64,000 nt of DNA from the human T2T-CHM13v2.0 reference genome, Homo sapiens, in assembly GCF_009914755.1 (NCBI RefSeq), contig NC_060929.1; one strand, 5' to 3'. The position numbers and the translations under genes are program-made. How positions within the stretch are numbered: position 1 is the first letter of the stretch; each line of letters opens with the position of its first letter. Below the pieces are notes generated by a model. It was given only the letters and a program-made list of their open reading frames with translations, did no database searches and had not been told where the DNA came from. Shown here piece after piece: positions 13,960 to 27,308 of this stretch.

Positions 13960-14390
13960 AATTGGTAAAGCACTTTATATATACATTATTTATTTATTAC
14001 CAAAATTATGTGAGATAGTAAGATAACTTTTGATCTTCTCCATTTCACAGATTAGGAACCTCATGCTTTGCAAGGTTGTGATTCTAAGATTTAAAATCTG
14101 TTAATTAGTAGATCCAACCATAAGCATTTTTTCCTATTGTTCTCTCCACTTCTTCACTATTCTCCAAATCCCATCGACAATTCAAATCAGCTAAAGTGCT
14201 CTGTGTTTATAATGGTGCATAAACTCTCTCCCAGACTAATTAAATAAGAAACTCTTGGGGTGAGACCTAGTGATGATTTATTTAAAGCTCCACAGGTGAT
14301 TCATACATTAAGGACAGGGTTAAGAACCGGGCCTTTATACCAACTATTCTGACACCCAATTTAGTGCTCTTTCTACCTTCCCACAATGCT
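13960..14390 (-). mobile_element. MIR relic(s) interrupted by a MER5-like element
   Basis: CTCCATTTCACAGATTAGGAACC (antisense MIR core) and TAGTGCTCTTTCTACCTTCCCACAATGC (antisense MIR head). Confidence 0.5.
14185..14332. mobile_element. MER5-family hAT-Charlie MITE
   Basis: AGAAACTCTTGGGGTGAGACCTAG...TTTAAAGCTCCACAGGTGATTC...GTTAAGAACC matches MER5A/B motifs. Confidence 0.6.
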
Positions 14391-14459
14391 TTTGATTAAC
14401 AACACCTAAAAATAAAATAAGCCTACCAGGTCCATAAATGCAGCCTTTGACATAAGATA

Positions 14460-14620
14460 GCACAATGGCAAACATTATCAGTTTTAAAGGCAACAGTCTG
14501 GATTTCAGTATCTGTTTGAGGACTTACTAACTGTGTGAACTTAGGTGAGTATTCAACTGCTATTATTGAATGAGTTCATGCATGTTTAGATCAGTGCTTG
14601 GCAAACAAATAAATATTAAC
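14460..14620 (+). mobile_element. MIR fragment
   Basis: ACTTACTAACTGTGTGAACTTAGGTGAGT...AGATCAGTGCTTGGCAAACA. Confidence 0.55.
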
Positions 14621-14638
14621 AAAACAACACAATCACGC

Positions 14639-15014
14639 TGTTATGGACTAAATGTTCTTGTGCCTCTAAAATTCATATGTTGAAGACATTACCCTCAATA
14701 AAATGTTACAGTATTTGGAGGTGGAGCCTTTGATATGTAATTTGTTTTGGATGAACTCATGATAGTGAGGCTTCTGTGATGGTGTCAGTGTCCTTGTAAG
14801 AAGACGAGAGACCAGATCGCTCTCTTTTCTCCATGTGATGATACACTGAGAAGGCAGTCATCTTTAAAATAGGAAAGGGGCCCTCACTAGAATCTCATCA
14901 TTTTGGCACCTGATCTCAGTCTTCCAGGCTCCAGAACTGTGAGAAAGACATTTCTGTTAGGTTAACCATTCGGGCTATGGTATTCTCTTATGGCAACCTG
15001 AGCTGGTTAATATG
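14639..15014 (+). mobile_element. MLT1A-type MaLR solo LTR
   Basis: Begins TGTTATGGACTAAATG...AAAATTCATATGTTGAAG; contains CTCCAGAACTGTGAGAAA; about 375 bp. Confidence 0.85.
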
Positions 15015-15544
15015 CATACTTATCATTCAATAAATATAGCTTTGAACATACTTGAAAATAATTTAAAGTCCTAGTTATAAACCAGAAGAATATCTGGACA
15101 GTCTAAAATTCTTAAGTTTACAACAGATCACAATAGGAGATAAGGAGGATTTTAAAATGTCCCTAAAAAGAAAGTAAATCCTTCCAATTTTACACTTAAG
15201 GAATCAATTTCTTTTCTGCCATCGCATTTATCTGTAAATTACAAGCCTCTGCTCATGTACCTACTGCTCTCTGAAGGCTGCTTTGCTCTTCATGTTTATC
15301 TCAGACTCTGTGTAATTATGGAACTGTGAGAGGTGTTTGCTTATGTGAAAAGCAGAGTTTTAAATTCTTTGTTAGAAGAACTGCATGATTAACGAATAAT
15401 AACTGAGTAATAGGGCCACAACTGAGAATCATATGTTTAGAGATATTTATTTGAAACATTATATTTTAAAGATGACTTTTGAATGATCAATACATCATTC
15501 ACAGGAAATAATCAAAGGATTATTCATAAGAAAGTAAAACTGCA

Positions 15545-15767
15545 TTTTTACTTATTTATTTATCAATTTTTTTTTAAGTTCCAGGGTACATGTGTAGGAT
15601 GAGCATGTTTGTTACATAGGTAAATGTGTGCCACGGTGGTTTGCTGCATAGATCAACCCGTCACCCAGGTATTAAGCCCAACACACATTAGCTGTTTTTC
15701 CTGATGCTCTCCCTCCTCCTCCTCCCTGACAGGCCCCAGCGTGTGTTGTTCCCAACAATGTGTCCAG
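15545..15767 (-). mobile_element. L1PA 3' UTR fragment (heavily 5'-truncated)
   Basis: AAGTTCCAGGGTACATGTG...GTTTGTTACATAGGTAAATGTGTGCCACGGTGGTTTGCTGCA is antisense L1PA 3' end. Confidence 0.9.
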
Positions 15768-17389
15768 ACTACGTACACGGAAAACACATTTACTAATGTT
15801 TTAAACGAATGAAGGTTATTTCAATGTTATACAACGTAGTGGTTAATTTACAATTAAAATTCAACATCTTTGCTCTAAAACCTATGGACAATTTTCTACT
15901 AATTAGAATTTCCTCTAGCCTCTCTGTCTCTTCTCAGAAACTCCTTTCCCTTACTCTATTCTCCAACTTCAAAGTTATCTGTAAGAACATCACTTTTCAT
16001 TTTAGAACTTTATTTTTAACCTCAACTTTAAACTTTATTTTTTTATTTTTTCACACAGAAAAATCTAACATCTACACTCCTTCTAACATCCACATATGTG
16101 CTCAAGGCTCACTTTTTCACCTCTCAAGTTTCACTAAAAAAATCTACTAAACACATAGCCAGCTATTTTTTAGAATCAAAGAAAAATAATAAGACAGGTG
16201 AAATTATAGTTTTATTTTGACTTATAAGTATGCATCCCAATCAGGGACCATGATCTTCTATTTGTTATTGTTTTTATTTGTTTGATTGGATATGGCATTA
16301 TCTACGCAGAGATAACAAAGTTGAAATTCAATGTTTATAGGGTAGTCAATGAATGCTTCTCTGGAAAAATTATTTATAAAATGTCTGGTGCATGATCAAT
16401 ATGGAACAAATGCTAATAATAAAATTATTTATTGTGTGTGCTTGTTGAAGTTGCTAATCTGAGATCAGATTGGGCATTTTATTTCTGTTCAGCCATGTGT
16501 CCATGCTGTGTAAGTTTCCCTGACTAGCTTTGTAGAGTCCCCTCAAGCTTAGTCAGGAAGCAGCAATACTGCATGTTTAGCTTTTGGCCAGTCATGGTCA
16601 CAGCTGGAAAGATGAGAACTCTAAAGGCTGCTGCTTTCAAGCTTTGTTGAGTTGCTTGTAAAATAAGTAATGTGTTCTTGGAAGCTAATGTAGCCAGTAA
16701 CTATCACTCACCCAATAAGGTGCTATACTATTTGCCAGTATCTCCCTTTCTAAATTCAGAGTCATCATGTGCTTTCTTTGGAGAAATTACTGACAGGTAT
16801 CTTTGTCTTCATTCCATCATGTCTCATCTTCAGAAAACACTGAAAAATTTCCTAATATTTAACTATGTAAATGGTACCCCTTCAATTTAACAAGATGAAT
16901 GCCTCTGATACTTTTATGTATTTTTGGTTATTTTAGCAGGAATCTGAAAGATGAACAAATTAGAAGTCTGCATTCCGTAGAAATTTTGCATTTCATAGAA
17001 AGTTTGCAAAGGTTTACTAAACACAAATTTTTCTTATAGTCAATGGATTGACAAATGTATATAAAAATATTGAAAATTGGAAGACTGCAAGGAAGTCACA
17101 GGCCATTAAAGAGATACTTTAAATAACCAAGAATAGTCATACATAGCACCAGCTAAATTAAATGGGTTTAATATGCTAGTTTCTGATGAATATCTTAAAT
17201 TTAACACAAGGCATTCTTTTGGGGGTCATAAGGCATGGTTCTTAGTACTTTAAAGAAGTATAGTGATTTAACATAGATTTATATTTATTTATAATCTAGT
17301 ACATAAAATAAAAAAGATTTAAATCATTATGAGGCAAAAGTTATATGGTGTTTTAAATTCTATGGCTGTCATAGAAAATACGTTTTGCC

Positions 17390-17750
17390 TAGTTTGAGTG
17401 ATTAGGTAAAGCTCCTAGAGACGGTAATATTTATGACAAAACTAAATTAGAGGTAAGACGTAAGCAGGAGGAGATAAGTGAAATTTCGATGAGGAAAACT
17501 GCAAAAGCAAAGACAGAGTCAAGTATGGGCCAAGAATGATTGAACAAAAAGTCTGTGAAACATGCTAAAATTTAGGTTATACAAAAAATATGTGAAGAGC
17601 TTATAGAAAGATATGTTGGATGACACAAATAGAACTGGAAAAGCTATTAGCTGTCTCTTTGACAACCTGTGATAAGTTCAACATTAGCAACAAATAACAT
17701 ATACTGAATTGCTACTATAAAATTTGATTCAGAAGTGGGGTTCCAAACGA
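17390..17750 (-). mobile_element. L2 relic
   Basis: Purine-rich GAGGAAAACTGCAAAAGCAAAGACAGAG motif typical of antisense L2 3' region. Confidence 0.35.
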
Positions 17751-17979
17751 TTAGCTGGATTCAGTGTAAAAGCCTGCAGACAAAACAGGGTATGCACAGA
17801 GAGAAAAGAGAACAAAAATAAAACCATGAATCCTCTCAGTTAAAAGGAAAATTTGAAAATATTTGGAGAAATATAATATTAAGAAAAGAATAAGTATAGA
17901 ACCAAGCAGTCGGAACAGGACCTCATTACAAATGAAACTATTTGTGTGGAATATTTTGAAAAATACTTCAAAGTAAGTA

Positions 17980-18635
17980 TAATGGCAGGATTTAGAAAGT
18001 AAGTGCAAAACCTCTATTTTAAAAGAATTCGGTACATATAGAACAGGAATTCTTATGATTGAAGTAAAACATGTGATTTCTTAAAAAGAAGAACTCATTT
18101 AAAAACATAATTTAAAAATAAATAAATGGGATTAATTTTATATTAGATGTGGTAAATGGGAGGCTAAAGGAATTAAAGCTTTCAGAATTTTAGAAAAGCA
18201 AAAGTCTTCAAATTTAAAACTGTAATTGGTGAACAGGAGAAATGAAAATCAATCCTTGCCTATAGAAATTCTAAGGAGACTCCAGTAAACCAAAAATATA
18301 TAAAATATAGAATGCCTACAAATAAATGATAACTTCACCTACTCTCCAAAGCAACTTGACCAGAAGATCATTACAGTAATAATTTCAAAGTGCAGAAAAA
18401 TATCTAATGATTAGTACAGAATTTTATTCCTAGCTAATTTACATTTCATAAAGAGAAGCAAAATAAAGATACTTGAAGATATACAAAAACTAAAAGCTTA
18501 GTATATATAACCTGTCAATAAAAGAAATAAAAATAAATGTACTTCAGCCAGCAGAAAAAGTAAACTCTGAGGAAAAGCACATGAAACAATTTAAAAAGTA
18601 AATATGAAAATTAATAAATATGTAGGTAAATTGAA
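17980..18635 (+). mobile_element. Ancient L1M fragment (ORF1 C-terminal region)
   Basis: AATAATTTCAAAGTGCAG...AGAATTTTATTCCTAGCTAATTTACATTTC...AAATAAAGATACTT resembles the L1 ORF1 end (RILYPAKLSF..GEIKTF). Confidence 0.55.
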
Positions 18636-18639
18636 CACA

Positions 18640-19076
18640 TTTTTAAATTGTTTTATTACATTTAAAGTTTTGGAATACATGTGCAGAACATACAGGTTTG
18701 TTACATAGGTATACACGTGCCATGGTGGTTTGCTGCTCCCATCAACCCGTCATCTATATTAGGTATTTCCCCTAATGCTCTCCCTCCCCAAGCCTGCCAC
18801 CCCCCGATAGGCCCCGGTGTGTGATATTCCCCTCCTTGTGTCCGTGTGTTCTCATGGTTGAACTTCCACTTATGAATGAGAACATGCGGTGTTTAGTTTT
18901 CTGTTCTTCTGTTAGTTTGATGAGAATGATGGTTTCCAACTTCATTAATGTCCCTGCAAAGGACATAAACTCGTCCTTTTTTTTGGCTGCAAAGTATTCC
19001 GTGGTGTATATGTGCCACATTTTCTTTATTCAGTCTATCATTGATGGATGTTTCGGTTGGTTCCAAGTCTTTGCTA
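18640..19076 (-). mobile_element. L1PA (L1PA8-like) 3' fragment
   Basis: Antisense L1PA 3' UTR; ORF 18772-19020(-) MWHIYTTEYFAAKKKDEFMSFAGT is the ORF2 C-terminus. Confidence 0.93.
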
Positions 19077-20467
19077 AGAAACAGAAAAACAATGAAACTA
19101 AACTAAACATATACTTTTAATTATAGCATTTCTATTCACATAAATGAAATAATAATGCTGACAGTGCATATAGGAGGAAATATAGGTTTTGGTGAGGAAA
19201 AAGATGTTTAGATGATTAAGAAACTTTTAAAATTTGACAAGTGAAAGATACAGCATGTGGTTCAGTACTAACAATAAGAATTGTAAAATAGCAATCCCAA
19301 TACATTTGAGAATCATTATAACAATCTACAATGTTCAACAACAAAAAAGCAATAATAGTATTAATAAATCTAATATTTAAAGATCTACTTAATTTGCAGA
19401 ATCAATTCTTATGTCAAAACACATTCATTTTTCAATCCTTTTAAAATTTTTTCAATAGATTTTAGTTTTAGTATGTTTCTGTGTTTATTATGTCTATTCA
19501 AACATCTCTCATAGTGTCAAAGTACAATCTTTGTCAAAAGAAGCTTATTACCAAAAGAAATATGATGAGGAAATATGACTTTTCTATATGTCAAGGAAAT
19601 GTGATGGTAAAAACAAACACAATTTGTTATTTTAAGCATTTCATTTCAAATGGAAGTCTTTCTGCTGGAGAAATTATTTGTTTTACTCTTAGGCAGTTGT
19701 GCACCCTGCGGAGAATGAATGCATAGAGAATGTAACCTTTCTCGGGTCTTCATTTTAATCACACTCTTGCCTAATCTCCATTTTATTCCTCGGAGACATT
19801 AGTCATCCTTAAAGAATGCCTTCTTGTAATAAAAATGCACTGCATTGGGTTTAATGTGTTGACTTTTGCAGATATTTTTGTTGGGAATATTGTATTCAAG
19901 AATAATGTAAACAGAGTACTTTATAATCGTGTTTATATTATGAATGATGCCAATGAAGGTAGATCACGCAACTGCCATCTGCAGGTTTTGCAGACATCTC
20001 ACACATCTGCTATTGCTTCATGAAAGCCATGACATGTACACATAACTTCCAAGGCTTTTGATTATTCACACAAGATATGATCGATTAGCTGCTAAGAAAG
20101 TGGGTTTAAAAAACTTTTCCTGAGGGAAGCAGAGCAAGAAAAGAGCATTTTCTCAACTATCAATATATCTAGGGGCCACAATATTTAAGGAAACGCAGGC
20201 TAGAGTACAAGAAAAGAACTACTGTTACTTCTGACATTGATTTTTTTCAAGTAGACATAAATATTTGACCTTCACCCTCATTGACAATATTTCTATTTCT
20301 GTTCAGGTTAAATTTTTATCTTTCCCAAGATAAATCAGTTGGTGGGAGCATCTGACAAAGCATTTGCATCATCCTACTTAATCTCTCTAAAGAAGGCATC
20401 ACAGTGCTTAAGTCAAATGCTTAGCCCGTTTACAGAGAGGATTCAGAAGAAAAGTAGTTTATGATTC

Positions 20468-20546
20468 TGTGTGTGTGAGAGAGAGAGACAGAGAGAGAGG
20501 GAGAGAGAGAGAGAGAAAGAGAAAGAGAGAGAGAGACAGAGAGAGA
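20468..20546. repeat. (GT)n(GA)n compound microsatellite
   Basis: About 70-bp interrupted GA tract seen directly. Confidence 0.9.
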
Positions 20547-20813
20547 ATTGGAAGAAAAGATGCGAGAGGTAAGAGAGAGAATATGCATGTGAATTTAATA
20601 GCACAAACAACACGCTGTAACATTCATTAGAAGATTATACTAGAGTTCACTTCGGGTTCTGTTTGAAAAATTTCTCTAAAAGAAGATATTTGTTTCCTAA
20701 GTCTGTGAACTCAAGCTCCCAATCACTGAACTCTGAGAGTTTTGTTACAGGAACATTTCTCTGGGACTCAGGAAATCTCACAGAGCTCCTTAATCACAAT
20801 GTGTTTTTTACTT

Positions 20814-21306
20814 ATGTGTTTGTTTCCTGTTGCAGTTGTAACAAATTACCGCAAACATAGTTCTTAAAACAGCATAAATTTATTCTGTTTCTGTTCTGGA
20901 GGCCAGAAGTGTGAAATCTGTTCCACTGTGTCAAAGCCGAGGTGTCAGCAGGGCTGGTTTCTTCAGGAGACTCTAGGGCAGACTCCATCTCCTTGGCTTT
21001 CCAGCTGGTAGTGGCTGCCTGTATCCTTTGGCTAAGGACACTTTCTCTATCTTCAAAGCACAAAACTCCAATCTCTGCTTCCATCATCATATTGCCTCTT
21101 CCTCTCCAGCCCTTCTCTGATCGCCTGCTTCTTTACTTTAAGTACTCCTGTGATTGCATCATATGATTGCATCATACCCACCTGGTAACCCAAAATTATC
21201 ACCCAAACTCAAGATCATCAACTTAATCTCATATGCAAAATTTCTTTTGCCATATAAGGTAACATATTAAGATGTGGATATTTGGGGGAGCCATGATTAG
21301 CTATAC
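20814..21306 (-). mobile_element. MLT1D-like MaLR solo LTR
   Basis: TGTAACAAATTACCGCAAAC...TTCTGGAGGCCAGAAGTGTGAAATC...TTTTGCCATATAAGGTAACAT is antisense MLT1D; about 490 bp. Confidence 0.85.
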
Positions 21307-21519
21307 TTTAGTATAGCCAAAATCACTGGTTTAGAAAGTACGTTTTTTATTTTCATAGGTAGCAGATTCAATATAAACCAAGTGTTTATTCTGCACTTAG
21401 GATGCAATAAAAAAGGCACGGACACCTGGACATGTATGTTTTGTACTTATGTAGTACTGTGTAACTTACATAAATATATGCATTAGAAGGAAAGGAATAC
21501 AAATCAACTAGCTCAGCTC

Positions 21520-22345
21520 AGCATTAGAAATCTTGACAAAGAAGAGCAAATTAAGCCTAAAAGAAGAAGAAATATTAAAAATTAGAATGAAACTCTACAA
21601 AACTGAGAAAAAATAGAGAAAGTAAATACAAGCAAAAGATACTTTTTAAAACATCGATAAAATTTATAAACCTGTAGCCAGGCTAATAAAGACAAAAGTT
21701 GAAGAGACACAAATTACAAATACCAAAAATATAAAAAGACTTCTCTATTCTTACTTGTACTTTGAAAGGCTAACAAGTGAATAGTATAGGTAACACTAAG
21801 CACAAAAACTTAAAAATACAGATATGATGGACAAATACTTTGAATGACACACCTACCAAAATTCACATAAGGAGAAATAGATACTATCGGTAGCTCTTTA
21901 TCTACAGAAAATTATCAATAATCGAATATCTTCCAAAAAGAGAGCATGAATCTCAAATTTCACTGATGAATTCTTTAAAACATTTAACATGAAAACATAT
22001 TTATTTTTTGTAATCTTCTCAAAAAATAAAAGCAAAGGGATCAATCCTTATTCATTCTATGGGCCAACATTACCCAGATAAAGTTATTAGAAGAAAGAAA
22101 ACTATGAATTGGTATCTCACAGAAAATACAGGCAAAAATTCTCAACACATCCAACAAAGTGTGAAATGAATTATATAACAAGACCAAGTGGGATTTATTC
22201 CAGATATTCAAGCCTGTTTTAGTATTTACACTATATCAATGTAATCTACCATGTCAACACATTTAAGAAGAAAAATCATATTATTATATCCATTGAAGAA
22301 AGCATGTGGCAAAATACAACATCCACTAACGATCTCATGACAAAC
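21520..22345 (+). mobile_element. L1M ORF2 fragment (between endonuclease and RT domains)
   Basis: AAAATTTATAAACCTGTAGCCAGGCTAAT, TTCACTGATGAATTCT and GACCAAGTGGGATTTATTCCAG are degraded ORF2 landmarks. Confidence 0.8.
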
Positions 22346-22349
22346 TTTC

Positions 22350-22742
22350 ACAAATATTCCAATTGAGAAAAACATTTCTAGCAGTACTCCTTAAAACTGC
22401 CTAGGTCATCAAAACCAGGGAACCTTTGAAAAACTGTCACAGAAGAGAAGACAAAGGAGACATGATGACTAAATGGAATGTGGAATCCTGGATGGGATTC
22501 TAGGACAGAAAAAGAACATTACGTAAAATTAAGGAAATCTGAATAAAGTAGGCATTATAGTTCATCTTTATATATCAGTATTAGTTCATTAATTGTGACA
22601 AGTATGCCATCCTAATATGAAGTACTAAGAGTAGGAAAAACTGAATGTGAGGAATATGCAAATTCTCTGTACTACGTATCACAACTTTTCTGTAAATCAT
22701 AAGCTAAAGTTATATTAAAACTTTAAAAAGTTTATTTAAAAA
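22350..22742 (+). mobile_element. L1MC-type 3' end
   Basis: GGAGACATGATGACTAAATGGAATGTGGAATCCTGGATGGGATTCTAGGACAGAAAAAG...CAACTTTTCTGTAAATC is L1MC 3' UTR. Confidence 0.8.
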
Positions 22743-23435
22743 CAACCATCAAAAATTTGAATGTGTTCATATAATTCTCTCAATTTTTTTTCAAAAGAAT
22801 ACAATTTCTGCCACAAATATAACTGATGTTATTTTGGGGGATGTGGAGGATACTCATTAATTTAGATTATAAGGGGGAGAGTTTAAAAAAATATTAAATA
22901 GTAGTATTACAACTTACAAATATAATTTTGGTCCGTTGCTATGATTGTTGAAAAATCAGCTTACAATTTAGCCTTTAAAATATTTGTCCTTATGAAAAAG
23001 AACTGGAAGATTTGTCCTCTGCTATAACATTTTTTAACCTGAAAATTTCCTTGCTTTTTACATTAATATTTTAAATTATTTTAACCCTAAACAGATTCAA
23101 TGAGTGTATTACTATTAAAGTAACATACCTTATTTCAAATAATTCTTTTTAGCACATAAAAGTGTGTGAGTGTGTATTTTGGCAGAACATATATTTTTGC
23201 CAGCAGATTCTATGAATTACTCATAGTTTTGAAATGTAGCAACTCATCGAATAAGGAAGAAGTCATATAAAAATACTACTTCTTCTCTGAGGATGGAGCC
23301 AAGTAGCTATCTTCCACATGCTCCATGAAAAAGTAAATAGTTTAGCTATGGAGAAATTATTACTTCATTTCATTTATTCTCCTCTCTTCAATCCAAAAGG
23401 CACTAAGTGAATTCTTTCTTACATACTCAAAGGCA

Positions 23436-23439
23436 GTGT

Positions 23440-23474
<35 letters not shown>
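23436..23474. repeat. (TG)n microsatellite
   Basis: About 19 TG units with one TA interruption. Confidence 0.92.
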
Positions 23475-23475
<1 letters not shown>

Positions 23476-24495
23476 ATGCATGCATATATGTATTTATTTC
23501 AGACATTGGAGTGACTTTGACTTTGTTTCCATTTGATACCATATAAATAAAATATATTTAAAAATACTAAGCAGTACTATTTTATTGAGAAGGACACATA
23601 AGCTGCTTACGTGAACGTTGTAGATATTGAAGACAGGAAGCTAGCATTGTGGTTTTTCTCATTTTCCAACATAACTTTTCAAGAAGTTAGGAAATGAGGA
23701 TTGATATCTTTAAAATCAAAGTTGAATCATCTCATGACTTAATCCTCTCAGCATAATCCAGCAACAATTGTTGTCCCTGCCTATTTTAAAATATTCTCAG
23801 TGATTATAAAATGCATTACCTTACAAAGAAGCAAATGTATCTTTAGACATTTCTGCAAGTTAGAAAATTTCTCGTAAATCCTGAACTGTGTTATCTTTCT
23901 CTTAGTCTCTCATTCCTTTGTCTATGCTTCTGGGCTGCATTTTAAAAAAGAAAAAGAAGAAAATTCTAACCTTTTGTGTCTTGGTGTTCACTGCAATTCA
24001 TCATCTTGATAACTGTCCGCAGAACGCTTTCCGAAGTGTCCGTGTCTCTAAGGAGGTTAAGGACAGAAAATAGATGTATGAAATATGCTATAAATTCTGA
24101 AAATTATGAGAGTGTTTTTCAAAGAGGAGATTTTGAAGATGACTAATATTATTCTTGGTTTAAGTTCATTGTAGTAATGTCACTCTTCAAGAAATAATAC
24201 TGAGGTAACAAATTATCTACAGTTTTAAAGTCCTATGGGCACATTTAACAATGCCCATTTAGTTATTTAAAAATAACTAAAATGTAGGCTATTTCTTGCA
24301 CATAAGTGTGAGTTTATTGTCAAATAAATAGCCTATATTTTAGTTATCTTTATAAAATATTGGAAGATAAAACAAATATGACATATTTTTAAATGATAAA
24401 TGTATAACATATTTGTTAAATAATACATTTGCTAAATTTTAGCTAACATATCATAATCAGTATATTTGTTTTTCAGAAAACATATGAAAATACTA

Positions 24496-24780
<285 letters not shown>

Positions 24781-26029
24781 GATTGAATATATTTTTAGAG
24801 TTTTGCAAATTTAACAACTTCATTAGTTTCTCCACGTTTTACTTTTCTTAATTTTATTTATCTGCAATTTAGGGTAATAACATCCACAGTAATTTGTCAC
24901 ATAGCAGTTATTTTTCTCAAACTTGAAAACTTTATTAGAGGCAAACTGCATACTTAAAACAGAAATTTAAAGTTGAACAAAGAAAGAAAGAAAAAAATTT
25001 TGGTGTGACCTGTTCTACAAAACATTAGGGATTAATTTTTACTTTCACATCATAAACTTTGTATCTGGGCAGAGGAATTCATTGTGTTGCAGGTTAAGCA
25101 ACATTAAATTTTAAAACACCACAATGATTTCATCCTATGAGCATTTGTAAAACTTTTATATTTTAGCCCAGTTGCATATTTAATGGCTTATACTCTACTA
25201 GGCAGCAGCAGCATTATGAAACTTCTGAATAATTGAAGTCTATGAGAATGACATATAGGAATGTTATTAGGATTTTTCATTTTTTATTACAGTCAATTAG
25301 ACATTGATATGCTAATAACTTTTCAGGTTGTGCATTTATCTGCTTAAAAGAGCAGGCAGGGAAAAAATTATCTGTGTTCTAAGCCATAGACTATAGAAAT
25401 ATTCACAACCAAAATTTCAAAGATCCTGTTTACTCAGCAGATTAAGGGAACTCTGGTGACAAGAGTGGCAAATGTTTTAGCTGTTATTCACTAAACCTCT
25501 TAAATAACATTAATGAATGCAACATCTAAATTACTGGTCCTAGTAAATCTGTACTTTTCTAGAAATTTATGCCTTCTCAGGTAAAACACAAGCATATCAC
25601 TTCAAGGCAAAATTTGGGGCTCTCAGGGTTTTATTCTGTTTGCAATTGTAGTTTGCAAAAACTGTGTATCAGTATTGGGTAATTGCTGATGAATTAGCTA
25701 ACTATTTACATCTTTAAAGTTTGTAGAAATAATTGGCATTTATACATCAGTGCTTATCCATCAGGTCATATTATGATCTGGCTGTCTTGAAATAGAGTCC
25801 TTTCTGGCCATCTTGAAATCGGTTCCTAGTGATTTAAAAGTCTGAGACCCACATTGTGTTTTCTTGATTTCTTTCCCTGTTCTTGACTCAACCCTCACTG
25901 GATTAGGCTGGCCTATCCACTCATTGTATCTCCTCTCTGTCAGCCACAAAGAAAGTCACACATTTTAGCTGATTTTTAAAGCCATTCCTCAGAGTTTCTC
26001 CTACTCTCCCTACTCTCCCATTTGGTCAA

Positions 26030-26913
26030 CGACAGGGATGGGAGGCAGGGAAATTCTGGGCTGAAGAGGGCAGGTCCCTGGTGAGGGCCCCACCCTCAAG
26101 CTGAAAAGCCTGAAACAGCAGCCCAAAGTGAGAAGTTAACATCCCAGTTTTCTCACTCAAATGTTGCCTTTTCCAGAACCACCCATGGCCCACTCCATGC
26201 CCTCATCTTGTGCCCGTGAAAACTGCAGGCTCAGCCAGCAAAGGCAGGAGAAGCAGCTGGACATCAGAGAGAAGTGCCTTACTTCAGAGGGACAGCTCGA
26301 CGGTGTAAATTTCAAGAAGAATCCCAGGAGACAGCTGGACTTTGAGGGAAGATTACCTTCCTTCTCTGTCTGCTTTTCAGCTCCTCTTCCCTCTGAGAGC
26401 CACGTCCAACAGCAATAAAATCCCCCACATTTACCATCCTCCAATTCGTTTGTGCTACTTCATTTCTCCTGGATGCTTGACAACAGCTCAGGTGCAGTGA
26501 GTGTGGAGGCAAAAGGCTGCCACACTGACCCTTTGCCCTCGCTGGCAGAAGGTAGCCGCCTTATGCTAAAAGACATAGGGTCCACTGAGCTGTTAACACT
26601 TAAGCCATCCACAGAGGGCAGAGCTAAAAGAGTACTGTGACAGTTCCTCTGGGGCTTCGGGGGTCGTGGGCACCCCCGCCCCGCTGATGCTGCTGTGGGG
26701 CCGGTACGGAATTCACTCCTGCATGTGCCCAAGAGTGCTTCCCCAGCTCCTCCTGTACCTGCTCACCTGTGCTCCCCCTCCCACGAGGGGTGGAGCGCAG
26801 CGGGTTCAAGGGAGTGGAATTTGCCCCTGCTGGCGCCAACACAGTTGGCTTGTTCCAGCACCCATGCACTCCAGTTCCCACCCACAAAGGGGTCAGGGAA
26901 CTATCTGGCTTCG
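26030..26913 (+). mobile_element. ERV1-class solo LTR (MER50/LTR27/LTR28 group)
   Basis: GC-rich block starting GACAGGGATGGGAGGCAGGGAAATTCTGGGC...GGCCCCACCCTCAAGC; AATAAA at 26414; ends GGTCAGGGAACTATCTGGCTTC; 4-bp TSD-like TCAA/TCAC. Confidence 0.8.
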
Positions 26914-27308
26914 TCACCACAGGCTTTGCTTCACACTTACTCTGAACTCGGATTCACACATCTACTCCAATGTCTTTGATTCTTGTTTTCCAAATGGGCC
27001 GGCTCTGAAAGTTAATCATTCACAATGACATATCTGAACCCATCTGTCCTCAACTCTACTGCTATTATAGATTTTTTTGAAACAATAGTAATCAACATTT
27101 ATTATGTACTTTTTACTGTACTAAATGCTATAACTTCATTAGTGAACAAGCTTAACACCAAGAAGTCTGTGATCTTGAGAAGATCAGACAAATAAAAGTA
27201 ATTAGGATTCAGTGTGTTAAGTAGCCATGGAATTCGATCAAATCCAGTCATAATGAAGTAAGGAGAGGTTTGTCTAAGCAACTTGTTACATAAGTGAAGA
27301 AGAATGAG

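Noticed and set aside
15809-16150. 113-aa ORF
   Set aside because: Low-complexity L/F/S/I-rich frame in T-rich DNA; no domain recognised
26157-27028. Cluster of overlapping ORFs on both strands
   Set aside because: High GC of the LTR reduces stop codons; no gag/pol/env similarity
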